From the NCBI GenBank assembly GCA_027923505.1, contig BROI01000006.1, positions 496,001-560,000 of the forward strand: a stretch of 64,000 bases of DNA. The letters run 5' to 3'. Below are positions 45,565 through 58,449 of this stretch, one piece after another (the stretch's first letter is position 1; every line of letters starts with the position of its first letter). The DNA comes from Mayamaea pseudoterrestris (taxonomy: Eukaryota). The notes under the pieces were generated by a model. The model was not told the DNA's origin, searched no databases, and worked only from the letters and a program-made list of their open reading frames with translations. The position numbers were made by a program, and so were the translations under genes.

Positions 45565-45943
45565 GCTGACTCTTTAGTGTTGCTTTTGAAGGGCAACGAA
45601 ACAACTCGTCCAAACAGGCTCGGCTCGGAGTTGTTGCATCTGCGGCTCATGGCCATTGACCGGCTGCCCGACTTCGATTGGATCGCTGAGGAATCGCTTT
45701 TTCCAGGCTCGGTGCGAGATATTTAGTATAGAAATGTCCACAGCGGACATACGCACGTGCCCGCACGGTCATTTCCAATCCGGCATGGCGCGCACCAAAG
45801 TAACCCTAACTATAAGGAGCACGCTCATTCACGGGCGCCATGAATTCCTTGGCGCAAAAAAACCTTGTCCGCTCGTTGGGCTTGTTGCTCTTACATTATC
45901 GCTCGAGCGAGAGCCTTCTCTCGCATTTTGCAAGCAAAGAGAC

Positions 45944-47064
45944 ATGGCTACAATGTTTAATTCCTTCCTCATGAGCGAAAATATTACCGAAAGTCCCGAG
46001 ACGCATGGTGCAGCAAGCGTATCAGGCTCGTCAACAATGACGATTGCCACGCCTCCACCAAAGAATTCTACTGCAACCACTGTCACGCCGCCACCAATCT
46101 GCGAAGAAACCATCACATTGGAGACGATTAAAAACACCCCACCTAGTGACTTGTCGATGGATGCCATTTTCTTCATTATGAGAGGCCAACCCGACGAGCT
46201 GCTTGGATCTGCGACGCCAACGGAAACGCATTCACACCAAGGATACGGCGGCTTGTGGTTTCGTGACTATGCGCATGCGGCCAAGTGCAAGAGTGCTTTC
46301 AATAAGCAGTTTATCAATGTCAAGCTTGGAGTTGGTCCAGTAATGACGAACAAGCGAACTCCCAGCAAGCGGGATCGAACCATTTTGTTCGAAACGCCTC
46401 GTTCCGTTCCGACGCGTTCATCGCGGCGCATTGCCAAACTGGCGGCGCCGGATTCCGAGACTATTTTTGACGATGATGGCGATGTCTTCGACGACGATGA
46501 CCAAAACGACGAGCACTCTGGTAGTATCGAAACTATGGCGCAACCAGTCGCCAAGCGACCACGCAAGTTCAAGATTGCAGCCACCTACAAGCCGCTTTCA
46601 CCGGAACAGTTTGCCCAACTTGAAGCATACTGCGAAACGCATGCATGGCTCGATACGTTTGACTCGTACTTGGCAAACGTTGAACAGATTAGTGCGGCCA
46701 ACAAGCGCAATGTGTTGCGTCAATCAAGACTCTTGGTGAATGGACAAACCATTGGCTATCAACATTGGCCACAAGGCGTTGCCTTTAATCAGGCGCGCGC
46801 AAAGATTCATTTGGGCACAGACTTGATGCAGCTATTGATGGAGGCTGATGCGTTTGAGCGTGAGCATGGACGTGACCTTGGGAATGGTAAGAGTTGTGGA
46901 CTGTAATACTGGATTGCGCTTTTGTCATGTGTATGTTTGACTCACCCGTCGATTTTTTCCACTACTTGTTTGCAGGCTGGCTGCTTCGCCACCCCATTCA
47001 AAAGCTCATCAACTACCAGCGTCATGTTTTGGACGAATTGGAGCAGCCTCGTGGTAGCAGCTGA
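45944..47064 (+). CDS. Hypothetical protein; 2 exons: 45944-46886, 46976-47064
   Basis: Long ORF. A GT-AG intron joins GRDLGN|GWLLRHPIQKLINYQ in frame. Contains an NLS-like PVAKRPRK. Confidence 0.65.
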
Positions 47065-47295
47065 TGAGAAGATTGAACGTTTCGCGTTCTTGTGTACACT
47101 TCCGGCCAAAACACACATCCTATCGTATGACGGACTTGCATGAACTTAAAAGCAACTATTTTGTTAATGTGCCTGTATTTCCACCTTTACGTAAGCATGT
47201 TGTTGGCTCGATTGCCGGTGTTGGTTGCAGCAACATAGCTCGCTTGGCAAAGATCTGGATCTGCTCCTGTCGCAACGTTTCTCATGGTCCGGCCG

Positions 47296-47315
47296 GCGCG
47301 GAAGCGCGCCAAATC
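47296..47315 (-). promoter_or_regulatory. Putative E2F-binding element upstream of the HLTF-like gene
   Basis: GCGCGCCAAATC at 47304-47315 (TTTGGCGCGC reverse) about 140 bp upstream of ATG 47455, with adjacent GCGCGGAA. Confidence 0.5.
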
Positions 47316-47454
47316 TCTCACCAATGCTGAAACGTGATGCCGCAGCGGGTCGCAAGCGTTGCCATCATCATTCCAACACTGTCAAGTGATCACCGGCTGA
47401 GTTCTGCACGTCACATCTACAATAGCAACTTTACTGCAGCATCATTATTATCAC

Positions 47455-50400
47455 ATGTCAAGCTCGGAGGCGAACGAGCAGGATGCTCGGCGTCAGTCAG
47501 TGGCGCCATCAGAATCCTTGTCGAATGCATCGCTCCTGGCAGCCTCCAGCATGCGCACCGTCACTCCAGCTGTCGGCAGCAACAGTAACAAGCCATTGAC
47601 AGAAGACACAGTTCTTGAAACGCCAGCAATCGTATCACATTTACGGGGAGAGCAAGCAATGCTGCCGAATGCAGACGAAGCTGAAGTAGTCGACGATGAG
47701 CAGCAAGCCAAGCAATCCGCAACGACTGACACTGAATCGCAGCGGACGAATACAGAATTAGAAACAGCCGCCGCCTTTCCATCAATTCTGGAAACGCCAA
47801 CAAACATGTCGAAAAATCCATCTGCCGCTGCATCAAGCTCTGCGAGTATTTCCACGCCGATCGTTTTGGATGGCGTGCTTGGCAACGAAAATTCCTTGCC
47901 TTCCTCATTAATGTCAGCAGAAGCGCAAGCTTTACTTCCAGCTCGATCAATGAATAGAGCAAAGCCGAATCCAAAAGCCTTGAAAGATTCAAACTCCTCT
48001 TTCAAGGGATCTGCTGCATTACAGAGCGTGCTGGATGACGATTTCTGCGTCAACACGCCAGCAGTCACGGCAGCATCATTGCGAATGCAGCAAGATCGCA
48101 TTTCTACTACGAGTACGGACGAAGCAGACACAGAGCCTTTATCTTCAGCAAAGCGATTCTCGTCATTGAAAAGCTTTTCAGACTCTGGCAGTGAAAGTAG
48201 TGCGTCTCGCGATGTCAAGCCATCGTTGGCAGCACTGAATAAATCGTCGTCAGCAGCAGCAGCAGCCAATGACGAAGTGGTTGAAATGAAGCTCTTGGGG
48301 TCAAGTGATTTTACCATTGTCAATGTTCACAACAACGCTGGTGCTGCAAATGTGCGAGGAACGGTCAAGCTGGTGCGCAATCCAAAGAATGTAAGTTACG
48401 ACACGTGTTTTCTTGTTGTTGTCATATCCAAAGGCGATTCGAGTCTGACGCTACGGTATGTTTCTTGTATTTTCATTTACATAGGCTACAGATTCTAATA
48501 CAATTGACGTGCTAAACTCGTCGAAAGCAAAGCTCGGCAATATTGATGCGCACGAAGCAGCGCACCTGGCGCCCTTGCTTGATCAGTATCCTAATCTGCT
48601 CGTGACCGCCACGGTGGCGGGCCCCGACGATGATTGCATTATCATCAAGGTTCGATACTATGCTTCTCATCCGTCCATTGAAAATTCCGTTGCTGCTCTT
48701 CATGAAGTGCTCGGTCCACTCTTTCAGCCAGCGCCCGGTGCTGACAACTCCGACAAGAAACCAGCGCACCCTCGTCCGATTCAACTTGCATCAGCGGCTG
48801 CGCCACCCGACTCTCCCGGATCACTGAGCGTCTCTTCATCTAGCACAGAAGGCGAAACAATTGAAGAGTTGAAAGTGTTTGGTTACAGCATGTTGACGCT
48901 GGTAGGCATGCAGTATCATTCGGGCCATGGCCAAGTTACAGTGGGCGACAAGGTCAAACTTGTTCGCGAGCCGCTTAACATTTATGACGCCAATGCCATC
49001 CGTGTTGATAACATGAGCGGTACACCAATTGGGCATATTGAACGCAAACAGGCACAGATGCTAGCGGTGCTGATGGATCTTCACAAAGCTGTGCATTATA
49101 ATGCGTCGATTGCTGGTAAAGTACGCCACTCAGCGCTGCCGGTCAAGGTTGAGTACGCAGCAACGTCGGAAGCCGGGCCCATTTATAAGGCCGCTTACAA
49201 GAAACAATTGAAACAGTTGTTTCAGATTTTGGAAGGAGAATCGGCTGGCAGCGACTCTCGACCGGATTTCGCATCCAGTGGCGGTCAATCTTCCCACGCG
49301 CCTCCCCCGTCTGCCCCTCGCATTATTGGCTTTAGTTTGTTGACACTTGTCGGTATGCGATACCATTCGGGATGTCTTGCAATCACCACAGGCGATCAGG
49401 TCCAGCTTGTTCGGGAGCCGTATAATAAGCATGATCCGAACGCTGTCCGGGTCGACACAATGGCAGGCGAAACAATTGGACATGTTGAGCGTGAGCAAGC
49501 CAGATTTCTATCTTATGTCATGGATAGCACCACATCGCTCGTATATCTTTCGGCAATCGGCGCGCAGCGATATTCGAAGGTGCCCTTGGTTGTCCGCTTT
49601 GCTTGTGCTCCCGCAGATACAGCGACATGCTTGGCGATTTTGAGATCTTTCTTAACGGGCTTATTCCATACTACTGACGGCACTGCAAGCAATACTTTAG
49701 CGCTTGCAGGAATGAATGGAATAGTTCAAAATGGGCTATCTCGCGCTGTCGAAGCAAGAGTTCAAACGCAAGTGGTGGACTGGGAAGGACAGCGAGAAGA
49801 GATTGATGAGCTCTTCGAGAAGCAATCGGAAAATCTTTTAGAGAACCTTCCACCTTATGAATTGCCTCCCTTGTTATCGCACTTGACCTTTTACGACTAT
49901 CAGAAGCAGGGGGTTTCGTGGTTGATTAATCAAGAGAAACCGTCCATTCCATCGTACTGGTCAGAAACGGTTGAAAGTGGCATGAAAGTCTGGAAGTGCG
50001 CTCTTACGGGCGAAGTCGTGCACAATGAACCCAAGCCCATTCAAAGCGCCATTCTGGCGGATGGTAAGTGAAGTTCGACTCTCGTGCACAAGATTCGACG
50101 CGCTTTCTCACGCCAGTGTGGTATCGTATACTTTAGATATGGGGCTTGGCAAGACGCTTCAAACATTGGCGTTGATTTTGGCTAACCCTCCTAAAGGATA
50201 CGACACGTACCCTCTGCCAAAATCTATTCGCACCACTGATGATGCCCCACGGACGACTCTCATCGTCTCACCGCTGAGTGTCATGGCTGCTTGGCAATCG
50301 CAGATTGATCAGCACATTAACCGCTATGTCGCGGATCGAACACTTACGGTTCGTGTGTATCATGGAAGTAATCGCGGGAAGGTTCTTCAAATGATTGAAA

Positions 50401-52476
50401 GCGGCCAGGTCGACATTGTTCTCGCTTCGTATCAAACGCTAGCCAGCGACCTCTCGATTATGAGGAGTGCGATGAGGAAAGCTGATGCAAGCGACGACGA
50501 TGCCTTATTTGAATTACCTCGCGCAAAGAAAAAACAAAGGGGTGATCGATGGATCTTCGACCTTTGCTTCCATCGACTAGTGCTTGATGAAGCTGTAAGT
50601 TGATGCGATCATTGTACAAATTGCATTTGTTGTTTGTAATATCATTGCTAAAGTTGTTTTCCTCCACATTGCTCAGCATATGATTAAAAATAGCAAGGCA
50701 AAGATGTTCGAGGCCGTTACCTCATTGACTGCCGATCGCAAGCTTTGCTTGACAGGTAAGTTGCTTTAAGCAACCGCTGGGCCAGTGTAAATGTGAGCGG
50801 CACTAACTTGATCCCACCCACACCGTGATACAAATAAGGCACACCAATGACTAATGCAGTGACCGATATTCACTCGCTCCTGGCGTTTCTAGAAGTACAA
50901 CCGCTGGGTTGCGCGGATGTCTTTAAGCGTTTTATTGTGAATCCGATACGGGCTCACAAGGAGATTGGTTTGGATCGGCTTAGGACGGTAATGTCATACA
51001 TTTGCCTCCGGCGAAAGAAGCAGAAAGTTATGCAGACTATCAAACTTGTGCCAAAAACAGGTACGAAAAAGCCGTTGGTTGGTTATAGACTGGATATTTG
51101 TGCTAAAATTATCACCATTCGTTTTGTGTCGCTTGCAGTGGAGATTCGCAGCGTAGAGTTCCCCGCCGGAAGCGAGCACAAACGAACCTACGATGCTCTT
51201 TATGACACTGCTAGAGCTTACTTCATCGATGCTCTCGAGACAAGTGAAGATGGAGTGTTCGGTAAATTTTCGGAGATGCTTGGTAAGACTGTGCATTTAG
51301 AACGAGTTGGATCGACAGTAGATGCCCTTGACTCACCAATTGGCATCTTTGCAGGGCTCATTTTGTATCTTCGTAGATCTTGCAACCATCTCAGCCTAGT
51401 ACCCCACGGCTATCGCACACGCGCCACAGAATCTCGTGCAACCATTATGAAATTATGTAAGAAGGAAGGCAAGACTTTGCTAGAATACCTCCGAGGAGCA
51501 TTTAACAATGTTGAGCAGCTCGTGGAATGTGCCGTCTGCATGAATGAGTTGGAAGAAAAGGATGCTGTCATTCTTCGAAAATGTCGGCACATTTTTTGTG
51601 AACCCTGTTTGAATCAAATCCACAATCAACTCTGTCCGTTGTGTCGCGACTCGTACACTTCGGACGACATGGTCAAGAAGCATACCGCCGAAGCAGCCGT
51701 GAAGCAAGACGTTGTCGACATTAATAAGGAGATTCAACTCCATACTCGTTCTCCAAAGGTACAAGCCATGTTGGACGCCATTGACGAAATGAAGGCGGAC
51801 GAGAAGGCCGTCATTTTTTCGCAGTGGACAACCATGTTGGACATCGTAGCGGGCGAATTTCGAACCCTCGGTATTAAATATACTCGCATTGACGGAACAA
51901 TGAATGCTCAGGCTCGCGTACAGGCAATGAAAGAATTTGAAATGGAGAGCACTGAGAAGAAGGAAGCGCCACGTTTCATCTTGTGCTCTTTGAGTAAGTT
52001 TTTGTGAGGCGGTGGGTTGGATGGCACGTTTACAGTCCATTGATTAACCAACCATTGTCCTGCTCTCCCTACAGTGGCTTGCGGGACAGGAATCAGTTTA
52101 ACAAGAGGAAATGTAGTTTTCATTCTTGACCCTTGGTGGCAAGGAGTGCGTCATTGCGTCGTCTATGCCTCTTGAGTTTGTCATTGTCATTGCTCACTCG
52201 GGCTTGCCATCTCCTTGTACTTTTTAGGCCGCCGAGAACCAGGCAATGGATCGATCGCACCGCGTGGGACAGAAACGAGCCGTACGATGCTACCGATTCC
52301 TCATGGCAGGATCGATTGAGGAGCGTCTCGTGACTTACACGCAAGTGAGCAAGGCCACGCTGGGCAAGGCGTCGACCGAGAAGCTGAGCGCCGCCGAAAA
52401 GCGCAAAGCGCGACTGACAGCCATGTGCGACTTATTTGAGGTTGATCCTTCCAAGTTGGATGTTGTTTGGGACTAA
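47455..52476 (+). CDS. HLTF: RAD5/HLTF (SMARCA3)-like SNF2 translocase/E3 ligase with three HIRAN domains; exons 47455-48390, 48485-50063, 50137-50594, 50677-50755, 50839-51060, 51139-51282, 51355-51993, 52075-52145, 52228-52476
   Basis: HIRAN motifs (VGM.Y...V.LVREP.N..D.NA.RV.....IGH), ILAD|DMGLGKTLQ, LVLDEA|H, CLT|GTP, RING CAVC...CRHIFCEPC..CPLCR, K.VIFSQWT..LD, RIDG.M, G.GISLT..DPWW and QAMDRSHRVGQKR. Confidence 0.9.
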
Positions 52477-52703
52477 ATTTAGCCTTTTTTGGAATTCTTG
52501 TTACGTATGTATGAGCTTGAGATGCGCAATAGTTGCGCCAATCTGGTCATGATATCAATGTTAGCTCCGACGTCGCAGCGGCATTTGTCGTAGGATCTGC
52601 ATCGCCATGATCACATTGCATTTTCATTTATTTCATGGTGCACGTACTCGGGTTTGTTACACTCCTTCTTCCTCTTAGTATACATAAGCAGTTTGACTTC
52701 AAT

Positions 52704-54653
52704 ATGGATTCAAAAAATGCCCAAAAGCAGCAACTACTTCCCGATGTAACGACAGGAAGCAGCAGCATAAGCAGCAGCACTGATGAAACAATTTTGGAAC
52801 TTGCTCAACAACATCCACTCGCTTTGTCGTCGTCATCATCAACAACGAACCTTTACTTCAGTTACGGAACGGCAGGCTTTCGCTACAAGGCTGACATTTT
52901 AAATGGTGTCATGCTGCGAGTGGGCATGGCGGCGGCACTCTTGCCGACGCTCGAGTCTACTTGCCAAATTGGAGTCATGGTGACGGCTTCCCACAATGAT
53001 GAGGTAATACATTAAAAAGAACGAGACTGTAGTGAATTGCAGATTAGAACTTGCTCTAATTTAGTTACGCTTCGAACATGGAGCCGATGAATCACGATAG
53101 CCTTCGGTTGATGAGTTGTTAAGAATAACTTCTCACAACGTGTTTGTTGCCCATTTTCGTCACAGTCATATAATGGCGTCAAATACTCGGCAGCTGATGG
53201 AGGCATGATTGGACCTGACGACGAAGCCTTGGCGGTGGAGATTGTGAATGCACCGAGTCCAGCTGAACTGATAAAACTGATTCGACAGAAACAGCAACAA
53301 TCTACAATTACTGCATCTACCATTCACATTGGCCGCGACACTCGGTCCCACTCGCTACGATTCTCAGAACTAGTCGTTCAAGGCGCTCTGGCGGTGAATC
53401 CCGCACTGAAAATTGTCAATCATGGCGTGGTGACAACGCCCATGCTGCACCACGCGGTCATGCACGCCAATGGGGCGTTTGCATTGCCGGCATTGATTCC
53501 GCCCCGACGAAACGTCATTGGATATTTGCAGCTCCTGGCGCACTCTTACGTTGCACTGCTCAGTACTGCTGGAGACTGTAGCAACGAGACTGCATCATTG
53601 CGACGGCCGCAGCTAACGGTGGACAGCGCCTGTGGCGTTGGTTACGCCGCTCTGCAAGGGCTTTGTGAGTGCTTGCAATCGCTGGGTTGTTTGGACGCTC
53701 AGCGATTCGTTGCCGTTAATCCACCGGGTGCTGGCCCATTGAACCATGGATGCGGTTCGGAGCATGTTCAAAAATCGTTGGAACCGCCCATTGTCTATGG
53801 TGCCACTTCTGCTGACAATGGTCACACGAATCTTGGCGCATACTGCTGCTCATTCGATGGAGACGCCGACCGCATTGTCTTTTACTCGCGCGAGCAGCCA
53901 TCCATGTACTTGTTGGATGGCGACAAGATGGCCACGCTCATTTGCGCGTTTCTCCGCGAGCAGCTCGACGTTTTGCAGGCGCCCATTCGACTGGGTGTCG
54001 TGCAGACGGCGTATGCCAATGGAGCGTCTACTGACTATTTACGAAAATTTCTGGGAGAAGAGTCGGTCGCGATTGCCAAGACGGGTGTCAAGTATGTTCA
54101 TGCGTCGGCTCATCAATTTGATATTGGCGTTTACTTTGAAGCTAATGGGCACGGAACAGTTGTATTTGGTCAAGCCTTTTACGATTATGTGGCAACTTGC
54201 AAACCGCGAACTTCAGCGGCGAGAATAGCGTTGGCGAGGTTGCGTGTTTTGCCAAGCATGGTGAATCAAGCCGTGGGAGATGCGCTTTCGGATATGCTGC
54301 TGATTGACGCCATCTTGTGTTTACAAAACATGTCGATTGGGGATTGGAACGCCATGTACTCGGATCTGCCATCTCGTCAACTTAAAGTACTGGTCAAGGA
54401 TCGGTCCATTATAAAAGTGAATGAAAACGAAACGAAATGCCTTGAGCCGCCGCAGGTCCAGGATGAACTTGACAGGGCAATGCGTATGGTTCGAGGCCGA
54501 GCATTCGTTCGACCGAGTGGAACGGAAGATGTCGTCCGAGTGTATGCCGAAGCGCCGACGCGGGAGGCTGCGGATGAGCTGGCAAAGATTGCGGCTCAAA
54601 TCGTTGATCGGCTTTGTGGTGGAGAAGGAAGTGCGCTTGGAAGTAAATTGTGA
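52704..54653 (+). CDS. PGM3: Phosphoacetylglucosamine mutase; 2 exons: 52704-53003, 53166-54653
   Basis: FSYGTAGFR, GVMVTASHN (phospho-Ser), IGRDTR, SFDGDADRIV, VQTAYANG, GVYFEANGHGT, NQAVGDALSD, RAFVRPSGTEDVVRVYAEA. Confidence 0.95.
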
Positions 54654-54755
54654 TGTTAATTGTATGTTGGTGCATCATGCTTGGAGCGTATCATTTCTGC
54701 ATCTCAGCTGGTCAGAAAGGCACTCGAAGTAGCCTCTGGCAGTGGGAAGCGCTGA

Positions 54756-57700
54756 TTATAGTTCCATGTCCTGGTGCATGAATTCCAGAATGTCGGTAAA
54801 TACTATGCAAGAAAAAGGCATATGTGAGATCTAAACACAAATTTAAGCGAGACAAGGCTTCGAAGTAACTTACCGGCTGCCAGAATGTCGTAATTTCTAT
54901 TATTGTTACATGCGAAAAACAGGATGATGAGCATATCGGTATCGACAAAGCAAAAAATAATTTCTCCTCTAGGACATTACGCACCGAGTCGTTTCTTTAT
55001 GCTCGACTTGAATGGCTTCTATGACTGTTGTTGTGTACTCTATTCCAGTAGTCCTGCTCGTCCCAGTGTTGTGATACCGAATCATCTCTGGCTTGTACAT
55101 TGTTCCGTGAGGATGAGATGTTCCAGTGTCACTTGACTCCTCGATTTTCTTCTCTTTCAACGGTGCAACCTCGCGTTTGGGTGGCGGGCCCTGGAGCCAC
55201 TCTACGGCCCCTTGCGGACGATGACTGATCTTTATATCATCTAGCGGGCTTGAGAGACCTTCACCGCTGTGCGAGTACCTCAGTGCGCGAGAAGCATGCA
55301 GAAGCCAGGTGTGTGCCCAGGCCAAAGAAAGGTAAGGGACACTACCGTCTCCGCTATGCGGTAAACTGCCTTGTCTTCGGTTTGTTCTTTTGCGCTTCTT
55401 CCCGAACAAATCAAATCCTTTGGCAGTGTCCATTCGTTCGTCTTCGAGTTGACCAGCAGCTAGCTCAGTCGTGATGCCTGTCAATCGCGGAATACTATGC
55501 TCCTCTTTCTCGCCATTCCTGTCAAGGTTTTCGCTTTTCTTGTACTCGTAGGCCACCTCCGTCGATACGTCGACACCATACGCCAGGATAACGTGCTTGA
55601 TAATCGGGCGCTCCCACGTTCTGTTTAAAAAGTGCTTCACTTTGCCATCCCAAAACGATTCCTTGAGCTGCTCTTGTTTGATTTTCAGCGGCTCGTCCTT
55701 TTCTTTGAAAATGTTATTAAGACTAGTAAAAATGTTGCCAGTTTGCACGTCCTTTGCGCCGAAGGGAATCGTTTCGTTCACCGCACACGGAGCCTTTTCT
55801 TTCTCCTTGCAATATTCGCGCGTGACTGAAACCATTGGGAAATCGGAGTCCCAGTCTCGTCGCTCCTTAAGGAGAACCCTCAGCGCAGGACTATATAAAA
55901 CGAAAAAAGCAGGATGAGCAAAAAAAATTCGACAAAATGCGGATGTGCACGCACTACATCATTCTGACATTGACGTACTAATGCTCCCATGGATCACCAT
56001 CAGGCAATGTCTGGTTGTCGTCCAACAATGGACCGAACTCTACTTCGGTAAATATGTCATCGAGGCAAGCTAATTTCGCGTCCGACTGCTTCTCGGAGGA
56101 ATTTTCATCAGTTGGCTCTTCGTCCCATCTCTCGGTATCCCATGAGTCGCAGAAGGCTGCCTTTGTTGATACTGGGTTCACAGTATGCGTTGATCCAAAG
56201 GTTATTTCCATTCCCCGGGCGTCCTCATCGGTTAATGGAAGACCCATACTCTCGCCGCTTATTACAGCACGCAAAGGATTGACAGCCCCGAGCATTGGAG
56301 CAGCAAGGCCGACATAGCTCCAGATATGCTTCTCTACCCATTCGAAAAACATGTCAGTTCCTTCCAGTTGCGCAAGTTCCCATAGCTTTTCGTGTCGCTG
56401 TATAGGTTTCCCATCCTTCATCTCACTGTTCGCCACCGAGGACCACCACTGATCCACGCCATCCATCCAATTGGGCAGAATGGACGTTATGCCTTCCAAC
56501 GTTGATGAAGGGCTTGAAGTCGCTTCCGCAGCCTTCCTCCGTGCTTTTGCTCTACGTTTTGCCTGTCGAATATAGCGAGCATAAGCTTCCTCCTTGAGTT
56601 GCTCTCTCATCCACTCCAAGAAATAACGAAAGACCAAATTTCCCATGCTGTGAGCCACCATGATGCCCGGCTTTCCGTTGCTTTCCACGGCAGCCTCAAT
56701 GCGTCGCCTCGTGAGAGTCAAGAATCCATCGCGCTCCTCCAATTTGTCGGGACTGAGGCGCCAGTCGTATGGCAGACCAACTGTGTGAACGTACAATTGT
56801 CTGTAAAGCGGACTGTCTCAAAATAACAAACCGATCCTGACACACACCCGATGCGCATTTTGCTTACCAATATTTGTAACATCATAGCCCAAATTATCCG
56901 CCAACCACTGTATCAGCCAGGCATACACTGTATTCGTCCCGCCAATAAGCATATTGCTTCCAATGCCGCCTGGACTCAGACTCGAAATCGCATCCAGTCC
57001 TTCATCCGGCCGCAGCTTGCAGCCTGTCGTGACATCGTCCGTATCACTTTGGTTCCATCCGAGACGCAAACATTCCCGAAAGCAGTCGATTGATATGGAC
57101 GACATTTGCAGCACCAAATTAATGTTGAGCCATACATAGTCTTGGACCTTAATGTCGCTCAGCAACGGATGCTGCGGACAAGCTTTGAATCGCCACGCGA
57201 CAAGTCGCGTCGATGCCAAGCCTGGCAGTAGAAAAATGGGCGGTCGCTTGTTTCGTTTTGATGATTGTTGCTCATGTGGCGGTTGCTGCTGCTGCTTCTC
57301 CTCTCCGTTTGGTTTTTGCGAAACTCCACTGCCCGAGCGACGAAGGGTTTCTCGCATGTGCAGTATCGACGAGTCCGATCCCCAATGCTTGTCCACAAAG
57401 AGCGACGAAGAGCATTGCCCCTTGTTTCGATTGTCTGGATCGTTTCCTCCGTAGCTGCACGTGGCGTCTATTGTTGCAGCATCAAGGGTAGAGATTGGCG
57501 GCTCGTAACAAGTGGCATCCTCTGAGGTTGTACAGTCTGGATCGGCTTGGACAGGATCATACAAGCTGTCTTGTTGATCGTCCGTGAGGATTGTGAATGC
57601 AGATGATGCTTTCGAATCTTTCTCTAGATTTGAAGGATCTGATGCATCTTTCGATGCAGCGTCGACATTGTTGTCAGCCATGACATCTACGCCAGCACCA

Positions 57701-57810
57701 TGGAAAGATAAGAGAGCATACAGATGAAAAATGACCAGCGAATACGGTATAAAATTGGCTACTCGGCCTAGCCTTCTTCTTCGGTTGAAACATCTCAGTG
57801 ACAGCGGCAT
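54756..57810 (-). CDS. LCAT/PDAT-family acyltransferase (alpha/beta hydrolase); exons 57810-56868, 56780-55979, 55890-54985, 54896-54874, 54802-54756
   Basis: PIFLLPGLASTRL, DYVWLN, PYDWRLSP, AHSMG (catalytic Ser), GDGSVPYLSL (Asp) and VEHKE (His), plus an N-terminal hydrophobic segment. The splice phases are consistent. Confidence 0.85.
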
Positions 57811-58092
57811 GGTTCTTCGTGGTCAACTGGCATTCACACCTCTGTCAGATGGGTCGTCAAAAATCGTCGGCACTTGGCAAGATCCGATTTTCAACTGGAC
57901 GAGAGAAACAATGATTGCTGTAGATAGAAACGGCAAGACCAGGGTTTGATAAACAATTCAATTTAAGACGGGATCAACGATTGGAGCTCAGCACAAATGA
58001 TCGGCAGGCCAAAATGTGAGTGATGACAGTCAATTCAATCGTGCGTATGCAGCTTAGTTGTAGCAGAATGTCGTCCCATTGGATGAACGACG

Positions 58093-58164
58093 GCTGATGT
58101 GGCGCAGTGGTAACGCATTTGACTTGTAATCAAAAGATCCCGAGTTCAATCCTCGGCATCAGCT
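58093..58164 (+). tRNA. trnT: tRNA-Thr (anticodon UGU), intronless
   Basis: Acceptor stem GCTGATG/CATCAGC; D loop AGTGGTA; anticodon arm TTTGA-CT-TGT-AA-TCAAA; T arm CCGAG-TTCAATC-CTCGG; downstream T-runs as the likely Pol III terminator. Confidence 0.95.
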
Positions 58165-58449
58165 TTGTTATTCTTTTTGCTACCGGAAGTGATTATTGTT
58201 TTTGCCGTGCTACAGTAAGAAATGACAGTCACCCAATGACTTTTTAAGCTATGATGGCAGTGACTTGTTACATAACGTTCAATCTGCACTTTCGTGGGAG
58301 TGACTTGACTCGAGTAAAACTTATAGCGGCGAATATTTTAAGTCCGCAATATACATTGTTGTCGCCGAGCGCATATGGTTATTTGCTCGGCAGTCGTTGT
58401 CATATAATCGTGATAGTACAACACAGTGTCTTTTCTATAAGGCCGCGTC

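Noticed and set aside
44926..45726. 266-aa ORF antisense to casein kinase 1 (similar shadow ORFs overlie CPS, E1 and the proteasome gene)
   Set aside because: Explained by codon bias of the conserved gene on the opposite strand; no protein motifs.
45656..45943. N-terminal extension of ORF 45656-46906 overlapping the CK1 upstream region
   Set aside because: Begins at a non-ATG codon and crosses the shared divergent promoter region. An in-frame ATG exists near 45734, but ATG 45944 looks the more plausible start.
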